Assembly (NCBI GenBank): GCA_002633005.1
Contig: NMRA01000007.1
Location: 1,576,001 to 1,640,000, forward strand
DNA length: 64,000 nt
DNA from: Phoronis australis
Taxonomy: Eukaryota; Animalia; Phoronida
Reading direction: 5' to 3'
The translations under genes were made by a program, and so were the position numbers. Below, one piece after another: positions 47,101 to 59,555 of the stretch. Under the pieces are notes generated by a model. It ran no database searches, was not told the origin of the DNA, and worked only from the letters and a program-made list of their open reading frames with translations. Each line of letters begins with the position of its first letter. The stretch's first letter is position 1.

Positions 47101-50100
47101 TTTTCTGGGCGGGAGGGGAGCAAACCCCCATTTCGACCTCCCCCCATTCGGTGCTATGCGCATCTACAATCGTGGTTTACACACATCCGGACAAAAAGTT
47201 GGGCCCCCTTGTGATATCCTAGATCCGCCACGGATTAAATAACATGGATATAAGTTTTTCGCGCTCATGTTCAAGAGTTCAACATTACCGTGACTATTAT
47301 ACAGTGCTCAGTGCTCGCCAACACCACAGCAGTAGATTCAGACGCTGCACTAATCTACTTGGTAGGACAAAAATCCAGCCTCATTCCCAAGCCTCAAGAT
47401 AGCTCTGATCGGTTTAGCCATTTAAGGCTTGGTTATGGGAAATGCCTTCTATGCAATTATTGGCCACTGCCTTGACGTGATTAAAACAAAGGCAGACTTT
47501 AATTATTTTCACAGGCATTATTGCTGCCATTCACGAATTAGTTATTGTTTGAAATAAAGGTTGTTGCCGTAGTAATTTTCAACTCTTCTTTGCTAATTAT
47601 CATAGAAATTAATCAGTTTTGGAATCAAAAAACATCATTTATGCAATAATTTAGTATACCGTTAGTGTTCATTTTTATTTCACATTCTGACACATTACAT
47701 TTTCCATAACCAAGCCTCAAATTGCTAAAGCGATGAGCACCATCTTGAGGCTTGGGGACGAGGCTGACAAAAATCCAACTTGTTCCATCATGGACTTCGG
47801 GACACGTGAGCATTTCAGCGACGATTGCGTAATCAACACGTGTCATTAAAAGTGAGTTAATTGCATGCGTTTTCTAAGGGGCACGATAGCGTTCCACGAT
47901 AAAATACGAGGACGTTTTCTCTCTACAGGGGATTTGCAGCAATATTTCAACGCTTATTAGCCTCCCGCCATTAAGTAAAAAATTTATCTTATTGGCATTA
48001 CGTCACCTGTCCCTTCACATACCTTGCTCATTTATGAACAAGTACATGACAAAGTTACGTCATGATCTCTGTTCTACAAAGAGAGCTGCCTGGTCAAGAA
48101 AGCCATTCAAATGTCCGGAGAGAAGGTGTTTGCCGCAAAAATATTTGTTTGTATGACGTTGTAGTTAACATCAAACGGTCTGACCTCATTACTTGATCTA
48201 TTTTCTAGTTTTACATTTAACTGTTGTAATAGCCATACTTCTTATTTCATTAAATCAGTTTACGTGCACTAAGATTTTCCTTTTTCTTATTTTACTTTAT
48301 AGTTTCCTTGTTCACGTTTTTTCATGTCGTTTCTGTATGACTTCCTGTTCGTTTTACTTCTATTTTTCATCGAGATCACGAGATCTTACTAAAAAAATCT
48401 CTGTGGATATATAGTGAATCCTATACGAGTCTTAGGTTTGTGACATGGACAAAACCGCTTGAAAATTTCGTCAAAATTCCTCGGCAGGCCTCGGAATTTT
48501 GACGAAATTTCCAAGAGGTTTTGCCCATGTCATAAACCTATGACGAATATAAGATTCTCTATATTATGCATTATTGTTTATGTGAAGATAGCAAGTAACA
48601 CTTTGAAAATGGCGAAAATGTCTAGTTTAGTTTCAGTTGAACAGGGTTATTTGCCAATGATGCAGTGCGGCGAAGTATTTTTTACGAAACCGAATCCCAA
48701 TGTCGAGTAATCTCGCGCGTACTATTAGTTCCCGTGTATACTCAAGACTGGGCTGCCGCCTGGAATTTTTAGTGCACGCGTACTAAGAAATGTTAATAAA
48801 TGAGACCTCAATATCAGAACAACTTGCAATAGTCACTCGTAGATACTTGAAATGTCAGATTATATAGCCCTCAATCGACTAGAGCATACCTCTCAATACG
48901 AAAACAAACACAACTCGCTGATAACTCACTGGTTGACGTGTCTCGACAATCAAGTTTTCATAAGCATATCAAAAATAAACGCAGACTTATTGACTTTTTA
49001 ATAATGTGAAGGTAGAGATTTTTGAGAGTATCTCACTAAACTAAAAAGTGTGACATGTTGCAAAATATTTATGAACGCTGGCTTTTTCGTGATTAATAGG
49101 CATCTTGCCGGTAAGTACTCAACTTCAGGAGTGTTTGAATGAACAATTTAGCGGAATAGAAGTACGTTGTGGAACATCTGGTTTATACAGTTGAATATGT
49201 CCAAAATATAAAATTAATTTTATTGTGAAAAGGTATTATTTTCTGTAAGTAGAACGCCTGCTGAATTTAACTGTGCGCCATGAATTGGGTCACGTGACCA
49301 CATCTTTATGATAAAATTTAGCTAAAAGAAATGTATCATAGCAATACAACAGCATTAATAACATGACCAAATTTGGTTTGAAACAAAAAGTTCAAATTTC
49401 AAAAAAGCTGTTACGCAATTTTTGAGTTTTTTTTTCTTAAAATCAAGTCACTTTTGTTGGGTCCTGACGCAAAAGTGGAATATTTTGAAAACAAATTGGA
49501 GAAAAAAACCTAACACATAATTATTAACTTTTATCGAGGTCAATAACTTGATTTTCTGACCTCAAAAATGAGAGATAATGACCGAGATGTAGTTATTCTC
49601 CTGGATTTGGAAATAAATGAGTAAAAATAACAGAACATTGATTTGCTTTAGTTTACAATACACGCAGTCACACAAACGCGCGCGCACACACACACAGGCA
49701 CACACACACGCACAAATTGAATTTTTTCGTTTCAACTCAAAACATCAATGAAAAGGTACAGCAATGAGGGGAGCAATACAAATAACCAGTCACTCAAAGT
49801 ATCAGAGCCTTACTTGTTAGGTATATGTTTTGTTTCCACAAGCTGACGTTTCAATTTAAAACAAGACGTTTGGATGTGTGTGCTAATTGTAAGTATGACC
49901 TCGATTGTCACTAAAGCGCTTATCTATTTTCTGATATTTCTATACCCATAACTGAATATGTTCTGCTTTTCAATATAGAATACGACAGTTCATAAGACAT
50001 CGACAGTTTGTGTATTTCACATGTGAATTTCAAACAATATCTTCGCATATCTTAATGATGTAGGTACTGAAAGTAATCCGTATAGTATATCAATCGCTTA

Positions 50101-50422
50101 TCAGTACTCAATAAGCACGTATCAACTTGGTCTTTTTATCTTCAATTCAATTCCTAGTTGTCACCTCAATTTTGTTTTATTAGTAGTCAACTTTGTCCAC
50201 TCAGCTATAGCTCATAGCTAGATGTATACAGTGTTGTGTCTAAAGTTTAATATCAAAAGTGCAAATCTCACCTAAAACATGTCCAAGTAGATGTGATGAC
50301 GAAGGAATCCCAAATTCGCATTTTCTGGGAATACTTGAGGAATTGTCCGAAACATTTGTCCTGTTAACGAGTATGTCCCATGACGATGCGCTGGTGGGTA
50401 CTTCACTATAACCGTATTCCAT
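38163..50422 (-). CDS. SLC51A: Organic solute transporter alpha-like protein, copy B (7 exons, 363 aa)
   Basis: Exons 50422-50272, 46216-46062, 45619-45546, 41875-41714, 40813-40702, 39172-38920 and 38347-38163. Exons 2-7 have the same lengths and phases as copy A, no stops were seen, and the poly-Cys tract is retained. Confidence 0.9.
38411..38487. repeat. 27-bp tandem repeat, ~3 units (single unit in copy A at ~4400)
   Basis: TTTCCTTTAAGCATAATGTT(A/G)G occurs three times. Confidence 0.85.
43550..45170. mobile_element. Kolobok-like DNA transposon with a THAP-like remnant, specific to unit B
   Basis: TTAA-AGGAGCATGCCACCC ... GGGTGGCATTCTCCT-TTAA. Minus-strand ORF 44687-45025 contains RKWVMAV...HLRVCGLH. 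Absent at ~9655. Confidence 0.8.
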
Positions 50423-51627
50423 AACGCAGGTTGTCTATTTCAGAAATCGTCTGCTGAGCGCCGAAAGTCCCGCGTAAAGCCCTCGCTGCGTTGCCGCGGG
50501 TGAGAATTGTGGTGCTGGAAACGGCAATGTTAAAAATTCTAACCAAACAGCATGGCGGCTTAAAATTCGACGATGATTGGTAATACAGACCAGGAATTAA
50601 CCCACGTACACACGCACGTACTGGTAAGATCAACGCACAGATAACGAGTTTAAAGCCTATTGTCTGGGATACAATATTTGATTAGCTTTTACACATACTC
50701 CAGTTTGATCTCAAACGCAATGAAATTATTTTACGACGGTCAATAAACATCGATTGACCACAAGACACACCTCGATTTGTAGCTAATATGCTTTCGGACA
50801 AGAAACGTCGTGTGGAGGCCTATATTAAAGAGTTTGTAACGGAGTTTTTATCATGTGACAAAATAAACATAATATATTTGTCTATCATCACGATGAGCAA
50901 AGCTTAAAACTACCAGACCGCAGATATCTGGGCCCGCGATCTTATCAATGTATTCGATATCGAACTCGAAATTATTTTTGACATTTTCCATCCTGCTTCA
51001 ATATGAACTCAAGATTAGTGTATATTATTCTGTGCTAGAGTACGTTATGGTTTACCCAGATTATTGTTTAGTCCAAGTTCGCACTTATTGGCCCCAAGGA
51101 TTTGTGCTACAAACTCGAGTAAAACTCGCGATTTCGTGTAAAAATGTCCAAAATAATTTCGAGATCGATTTCGAGTACAAAGATTACAGCCTGGGCCCAG
51201 AAGTGGAAGAAAGAAATATAAAATTTACTAAAACCTGGGAATTTTAGCACTGTAGCCACTACGAAAAAAACAAGCAATTTATAGATGGTAATTAATAAAA
51301 TGTAAGAGAACAATTAATTACACCCCAGCAAACCCCTGATCGAGAACAGTGGACAACGATAATCACCGAAGTTTAACTCTGATAACTTTGATGTCGTTTT
51401 GGTAACTTGTGGTTAATTTCGGCATTAGACCAATAAAGAAAACATGAAGTTATGAAAACATAATGCAACACGGGTTCTCCAAACTCATATATCAAAATTT
51501 CTGAATTTTGGACACTTTTCCGCAAAAAGGATCGTGAAGACAATGATGAACACACGAACCTTTGTGATCGTGAACGCACTGTGGTGTGGATAATGACGGC
51601 GAGCTTATTGTATGTTTTAAGACGTAA

Positions 51628-53246
51628 AAATAGAGAATCCTACACTCGTGTCAGGTTTATGGCATGAGGAAAACCCTCTTGGAAATTTCGTTAAATTTCC
51701 AAGAGGTTTTGCTCATGTCATAAATCTGAGACGAGTGTAGGATTTGCTTTCTCAAACGAACCGTAAAAACGATCTTTTTGCCAAAAAACTCGACGTGTCT
51801 AAAACTTTCAACCACATGACGCTACTTTTGTAAAAACACGCTTGCGCAATGTAAAATAATTCAGTTGCTTTTTGTTAATAGTTTTATTTTAAGATTAACA
51901 ATTGTAAATTGCATTCAGCTTTCGTAGCACATATTCAAGTTAGAATCTAATCGAATAGTCTTTGAAGTTGTAATATTAAAACTTGAAAAATGTTTATAAA
52001 TAACAGTCAGCAAGGCTTCACCGCGCGTGAGCACAGGATTGGCCTTAGACAGCACATCAAGTCGCGTTTCTTGAGTTGGGGCTCGTCTCCGTTTGAATGA
52101 AAGTGGATATGGAATTCGCCGCCGAAGATGGGTCCGTTTAAGAAGTTGTTTGCATGTCCTTCCGAGTGGGAGTACGTACAGTTGCGGCACCCAATTTGAC
52201 AATCACAGCCTTGTCACCTTCTCGGAATTCCGGCGTTGTTTGGTTGACGCGCGTTTGGTTGTTTTAGTGTTTTGCACACGATAGAATGTAAGGCGTATAG
52301 ATTTCTGCTTTGCACTTCTTTGTGATTTGCCCATGTAACATAAAAAAATTACGTACTCGGTGTTATACCACAATATTAGCGTCAAATGGCAATTGCAACC
52401 GTGTAATAACCCATAAAGTTATCTCACTAGTGAGATAACGATATGGCAGGAAACCGAGGACGGAGTCGAACCCGGGACCATGGACTTGCTGGTCGCCGAC
52501 TTTACCACTACACCATGCAGCGACTGACGTCGTCAAGAGTGAAAATAGAATACTTAAATGAGTACGCGCAATAAACCTCATTGTACTGTACTTATACGCT
52601 ACGAAAAATAAGACACATAATTTCCATAAAAATGATATCTTAATTCAATGAAATTTTTCTCTCATGCCCTCTTACTTGTAAATCACCGATCTCCAGTTTG
52701 AATGCGGGTATCCTGTCGTCAGGATCTTTGAATTGAGAATTATATTCAGTTACCAGTGGTAACCTACTTTAGCAGACGATGATTTCCCGGTCGAAGCTTA
52801 GCGTGAAAAAAACGTGTTTTAAGCTATAATAGTTGGTAAACCTTAATTTATAAATTCAATTTATTTCTATTATATTTAAGTTTTCAATTGGTTTTGAGTA
52901 AAAGCATTATTTGACAAAAATAGCTCGGCTTTTCTTAAAAGGTCACGGGCCTCTGACATAGAAAGTAGTTACAAAGCTGTGGAGAGTCAGAAAAGGTAAA
53001 TCGATTCATTGCAATGTTTCTCGTTTAGTATGTGGTATAAATAGATTATTACATGTTCTCAGCCGTTATCCCCCTTATCTAGAGCCCTCGTGGATTTTGG
53101 AGAATTATCACCCTAGGGGCTAACGCCCCTCGGGCGATAATTCTCCAAAATCCACTCGGGCTCTAGATAACGGGGGATAACGACTTCGCCATGTAATAAT
53201 CTATGTTTATTAACCAGTCGTGTCGTTACACTTTAGTTCATGTGAG
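51628..53246. mobile_element. Insertion specific to unit B, bounded by long hairpins; its right part is shared with 23790-24575
   Basis: Absent at ~29325. Near-perfect palindromes at 51636-51744 and 53041-53204, with an internal tRNA-like segment. Confidence 0.65.
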
Positions 53247-54566
53247 AAATTAAGTTACGAAACCAATGTAGTCCAAGGAATTTATTGCATCCTATAATGA
53301 ATTATTATTGTGTGGTATCACTTTTGTAAACTGGTATAGATATCACAGATTGCTTGTAAATCCCCATAAGCACTGAACGTACACCAAGGAAAGCGTAAGG
53401 GAGAGTTACCGTTGTCGTACCACTTAAAGGGACACTACCATTTTTACGACCGAAAAACGCATTTTGGGACTATTGTTGGATGAGATAGACTTTAGAAGTT
53501 ATTTGCTTTGATCACAGCTATTAAACAACAAAATCCATTGTCTTTGTGAGTTTATTTCAAATCGCCAATTCTCGACTGTGTATGCCAGACATTCGCTGAA
53601 AACAAGGCAGGTTCTGCTATTTAACGCGTGGTATCACGGCTCAGCGGCCGCATCGTGTGTGCGTTGACATTGGGAGATCATTTTAACTCCCATAATTTAT
53701 CGAATATTTTGTAACAGCTTGCAAAGAAGTACAGCGGCTAAGTAGGATTACATCAAAACAAATTAACGCGGAGAGCATTCTAACACTATTTACAAAGCAT
53801 AATGTTTATTTTTCTGACTTTTCCACTTGCACACATTATTTAATGTTGATAACCAAGATGTCAGCATATCACATAAGACCGGTTGTCCGCATAATACTGT
53901 AAATGGAATTTCGTGAAATCCTTTGAAACCGTGGCTTCATAATCTTGCTAATACTCTTCAAGAGAGAACTAAACACCGCCACCCATTTTATACTTCGTAC
54001 AAACCATATTTCCTCCGAGTACACATAGCACAAGCGATATCAAGTAACAAGAAGTAACTGCACGATTGGACACAACTAGTTTCTCATACAGATTAGATGC
54101 GACTTCGGGGTTTGGAGAGAACCAACAGTAACCGTAATTGCTTGAAACCACGCTCAGTAAATTGCCGGGATTGACCCAGCGGGTTATTTTGTGCACCAAG
54201 GATGGTCTCAAACGATAACACCATAATCTCAGACAGAGTTCTTCCGTTAAACTTTGAATCACTTCTAATCTGCGAACGAAGCAAGTCGAGACAAGTTTTC
54301 CGGTCATTTTTTTACAGCAAGTGGCCCTATAACCAGTTCACTTGGTATTTGACTAACCCGAGGCACGGTGGTTTGGAATATCTTAAAACGACTATAAACC
54401 CGCCTTTCTTCACAAAAACTTTTGATTTAGACAATTTACAGTTATAAAATCGTGAGGTGCTTTCAGGGCTGCGAAAGAACCGGCATTTCAATATTGAATA
54501 AGAGGAGGCTCTAAAATATGGCTTTTCACATTTTGTGCGTTGCGCATGCTCAAGAAATAACAAGTC

Positions 54567-54761
54567 CAGCCTCCCGTTCAGTAACGCCAGGACCTCGCTA
54601 AAAAGCAAGACTTCGCGAGATTACGCGAGATATTTCCGTGTATTTTAAATGAGAATACGTGGCTTTGACTAGGTTTTAGCTAAAATACACGGCAATATCT
54701 CGTGTAATCTCGCGAAGTCTTGCTTTTTAGCGAGGTTCTAGCGTTACTGAATGGGAGGCAG
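54567..54761. mobile_element. Fold-back MITE (~80-bp arms); one arm of the same family at ~7290-7365
   Basis: CAGCCTCCCGTTCAGTAACGC...CTCGCTAAAAAGCAAGACTTCGCGAGATTAC and its reverse complement, separated by a short spacer. Confidence 0.8.
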
Positions 54762-56219
54762 AATTCTCTTCTCATTTGAATAAGGAACAAGTTGAGACAA
54801 ATTTCATAGCGGTAAGTGGTCTAAACCAAACGTTCACTTCTTGGACGGAAGGCGGGTTTATGACCTTTTAATCGCTATATGGTCAGTTTTAAATTCTTTT
54901 CTGTGAGCCCCGTACACTCTTATTGAGAAATAATGTATAGCCACGCAATGAGGTCATCACTCCTTCTATAAGCGAAAACGTGCATTTTGAGAACATTTAA
55001 AAATGCAACGACTTCGTCCACCATTCTTCTCATGGATTTTTGCCAATCAACCGCGACCAAAATGTTGTATAAGAGCTGAGAATTTCACGTTTGAATTAAT
55101 GGTTTCGTTCACACCAGAATCCAAAGACCCTGAATCTGTGCCCATATAGTAATATACTCGAATGTAAGGCCACGACCAGATATACCAAATTTTAGGATAC
55201 TAGTTACTTGTCTCCCGGAGCTGTTGTATTGAGAAAAAATCTGAGTTTCAGAAATTGTTGTGCACAAGGAGGGCCAAATACGCCAAACTTCGACACTGTA
55301 AATTCCCGAAAACAGCTGTGGTTCGCATTGTTTCCTAGTATTAGATAAGGTAACGCGGAGACAACATATAACAAGTGATAATTTAACAGGAATAAGAAAG
55401 CATGACTTAAACAAACTGTTTTCCACTGCATGATACTTTGAAATGTTAATACATGTATAAGTGACTCATATGCCCCCTGTAGGCATTTTCCAAAAAATCA
55501 CAAAAATAGAAACTAACTAAACTATAGGATTCCTTGACTAAAATAACTGAATGTGAACCTTGCTAATGGAAAACGACAACAATGTATGGCCTCTTCTAAA
55601 CAAAGAGACACCACAAATCTCTACTCACCACAAACAATTTCCAACAGACAATAAGCCTACTATAAATACAAAGTTGCCTAAAACGGGCTCAGAATATAAT
55701 GTATGGCATAATTACTTGACAAAAGAAAGCTAGATTTACCCTTTATCAAAGACATCTATCTATGAAGCAACTCTTTCATAAAAAATTGACTCACTCATGC
55801 CAAAAAGTCTACACAGGAAGACAGTAAGTTGGCATCCTACCAGAACCTTTAGATCAAGTTTTCCAAAATAAATAAGTGTTTAATAAACTACAACTGTTCT
55901 TTACGGGCCATGTTATGAGCTGAGGGTCGCTCTGTAGTCATCACCATTTATGGTTTCTACAGTGCTCGATTGGTCAGATAGCGACATCTGATGTCCATGC
56001 ATTTACCATGTGTGGGAAGTTACAGCATCGCCTTAGCCAAACAGAAGGCAGAAGTATCGGTGGTGTGTAATAACATTTATCCACGCATTTAATGACATAG
56101 CATCGCGCGTATAGGGTAAAAATAACTTAGACAGATTACACTTGCAGCAAACGTCGACTGTTAACTTTCAAGCTGACATTCAAATGGCACAGATTCTAGT
56201 AGTGACTCGCCTTCTAAAG

Positions 56220-59200
56220 TTACGAATTGTCGACACCATTGGGAGAGGTTTTCGGTGGTGGCCCCATGTTCTCGCGTTCCGCTTCTGCAAGTTCCAATTC
56301 TCGTGCAATACCGTGAATCACGTGACCTGCGGGAGTACCGTACGCGGCGGCGCTCTGAACATGCTTTGTCTGGTCATCAAAAAAAATATGCGGTTTAATT
56401 GACTCCAAGATCGGTCCCTTTGGTGCGCCAGCTAGGAAATGCACTTCGTCAATATGCAGCCCCCAGGAACGCAATGTCAACAGCGCGCGCTCACCAGCGC
56501 TGGCAGCGCTCCTAGCTGTAACGATGTACGTGCGCAGAGGACTTTTAGCATCAATGAGGTTGTTGTCGCGGAATTTCTTTTGCATACGCCCCAAAGCTTC
56601 GGCAAATTTCTTTAGAGGCCCCTGTAAACACCGAAAAAAACACTGATAAAAAGAGCCACACGTTTTCAGTAATCGTTAAGGAGCAGTAGAAGCATGCAAC
56701 ATCGACTTCTCCCAAAACATTTTAAGAGTTTTCCGTTGATTTTTTGTTTTATCCAACCAAACAAGATTACACGTTGCATGACAGGCGCATTAGTGCAGTC
56801 TTTCGGTTTTAAATAGGTGATAACTTAAGTTTCGCTAATTGACAATTTCCACTTACCCCCTGTAAGGGTGTGTTCACGTGGTCTTTCTCCCACTTAAAGA
56901 AAGCTGGAAGCCCACCCGCCTTTCCTATGCGTTCTGTTTCGTCGGCAAAAAGTACCGCGTCTAAATCAAAGGCGACTCGTAGCTGCTTCTTGATGGGGTT
57001 CTCCACCTTCTGTTTCGACAGCGATGCCGAAGCGATTCCTGGAATTTAAATAAGGGCCTGCAACCTCAAGATAGATGAAGTTTGAGACGGTTTAAATGGC
57101 CTACGATACACCGTAAAGGCTCTACCAAGAATACAGAACAACCGTGGGAAACTATCCATTACGCTTCCCTGCTGTTCATGAATTATGAAAATAGAAAAAT
57201 TAAAAGAAAACAAGTCCCGTGTAGCATGAGAGCAAGTACATGTACGCCGGACTGATTGTTGAACAGCACAGACTCACGGCTCTTGCCTTGACGCCAATTG
57301 TCGGCAATGGTTTTCAAAGATGGTGCTGAATGGAGATTTAACATGGGGCGTTACCGTAGGCGTAAGGCTATTCTCAAGAAAAGTTAAGGTCATTACGTGC
57401 ATCGTTTATAATGTATCGCCATAAAGACTTGCGGGAATTAGCTTCATCGCGAGTGTCTGCCGTCTACAAAAAAGCTGTATTTCGCCGTTTGAGGGTAAAA
57501 GAATCAATTCGATTCTTGTTTTCAGTCTGATAAAATCGGTCTCATAATATTCTTTACTGTTAAAGGATTCTAGTTTCCTTACTAATAAGAGTAGCGAAAC
57601 CATCAAGAAAACGCGTGCTTCAGAGTTTAATGGGTTAGCCAAACAAGTGCACAAGCGTTGCCGGCTCATTCGGCAATAGTAAAGATCAGATGAGCGTGGT
57701 AATGTTTTAAACTTCAAAGCGCTTCGACTGGGAATTCAACATGGACAGGTAAACAGCGTCGAAATTCAGCTTTAACTGTGATCTACTCTTTTCATTTCTA
57801 ACATGCAATTCGATCATTACCCATTTTCAGTGCTTCTTCGACTTCCTCAGGATGAGAGGTCAGGAATAAAGTAGCGTTGTAGGCTTGTAAATAACTGTCT
57901 ACAGGATTGACGCCCCCTGTTAGGCACATACGCTCGATGTTCAGATCTGAAAGCAAGGTGGAGTTCACAACATGACACCAGTCATAGCCTAACCAAACTC
58001 GCATTTATCAAGAATATAAGACAGAAGCAAAACACTACTATAGTGCCACTTTGTGATAAACAACTGTTAGTACATGCTGAATGGGCAGAGGAGGATTGCA
58101 ACAAATTTATGTGCGTTTTCATTTTGAAGAATGAAAAGACAATGCATTAAAATTCCGACAGCATCCTGATAACGCAAATGTATCTTCGTATAACTACAAG
58201 TCGCCCAGAAATCGTCAACTGTCGAACGAATAATTTTAAGTAAAGGCAGAACAGTATTTAAACGGAGACAGCTTTTCATCGTCTTAGACTAGGTACAGAC
58301 GGCGAGCTCCCATACCTGCCTCAAATGCAAGAAAGAAAAAGCGCATAGTTACCTATTCCTTACGTCAGCCAACACTAATTAATGTGTATCATTTTACTCA
58401 TACCTGAATGGAAAAAATCCAAAACCTGCAAAATTTTTGAAGAAAGTTGCAGGTCCAATGGGAGCTACATCACAGTTTGTCAATTTTTTCATTTCAGATT
58501 TTCATGTATCTCGTTTATTTCATTTTCGGCTATTGCAACTATGCGTCGCTTGTAGGGACCAGTTGGGCTAGTTCATTCAAATGCAGTCTTATTTTCCTTC
58601 GTTGAATGAAATGGCAAGTAATACAGCTGATCGTGTTCCCTGTTTCTAAGGCAAATGGAACGTGTCACTGTGATCTCCATTACCGAACGGCTAAATCTCA
58701 CTGGCCGATAAAGCTTATTAACCAAGCATGTTGACATCTCACCTCGTCCCTCCTGAGGGTTTACAAGATGACAAATCAATAGAAATTCGCCCTTCAGTGT
58801 CTCGCAAGGTAAAATCTTACGCTTAATCTACAGCAGGCATGAGCTAACCTTCACTTGAGGCAGCAGGATAGGCTCGCAACAGTTTATCTACGCCAGATCT
58901 AAGCAGAAATCTAAGCACTCGTTCAAGGAGTACCCACTGTGATAATTAATAGACTTGATGAGTCGCACCCCCGCTTCGGCATGTACGTGACTCATCATTA
59001 TCACGTTGAAGATCTCTTGCTCGGTCGGGTCTATCCGCTTTAAAGCGGCATTCACGTGTTCCAACGCCTAGAGTGCAAAAACGGAACCAATGCTGAATAA
59101 TAAGCAGTGCAGTAATTATTTCAATACTAGTGTGCGTAAAAACAACATCTCATTTTCAAAGAAGTAGACCCACACTCGAAAACTGTACTGGTAACTTCGT

Positions 59201-59555
59201 TTCGAAATTATATACAGGCCCGTTTCACGTTAAATTAAAAGAACAGCGGCAGAGGCTTTTGCAGAATGGCTGGTCCTTCTAAAACACACCAAAGTAAATG
59301 AATTACGTTATTATTACTTAAGCATTTCAATGCCCGCTGATCTGGCGCGGTCTGGAAGTTTTCAACCGAAACGCACAATTAACTTACGGATATAAACGGG
59401 AATGCGGTTCCAGGCTCAAGAGGCTCACTCTCGTGCGACATCTGGTGCTTAATATAACTGTCTAGTCCTTCATTCTTGAAGACGGCCGATTCTTCCTCTT
59501 GACTGAATAAGGCTGCACTGGACACAGCTATATTTACAGCCGACTTTGGAGAAGT
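56220..59555 (-). CDS. NT5C1A: Cytosolic 5'-nucleotidase 1 (cN-I, NT5C1A-like); start exon uncertain
   Basis: In-frame exons 59555-59388, 59067-58938, 57946-57821, 57038-56857 and 56621-56220. Motifs IAVSSx[25 protein letters not shown] (HAD DxD motif), [23 protein letters not shown] and PHIFFDDQ. A possible upstream exon at 60006-59932 contains an N. Confidence 0.93.

Larger units (their letters stand above)
30433..54003. repeat. Tandem segmental duplication, unit B
   Basis: Colinear, same-orientation homology to unit A, e.g. 2411-3748 vs 36300-37618, 4150-5053 vs 38163-39172, and 29160-30431 vs 51465-54002. Confidence 0.93.
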
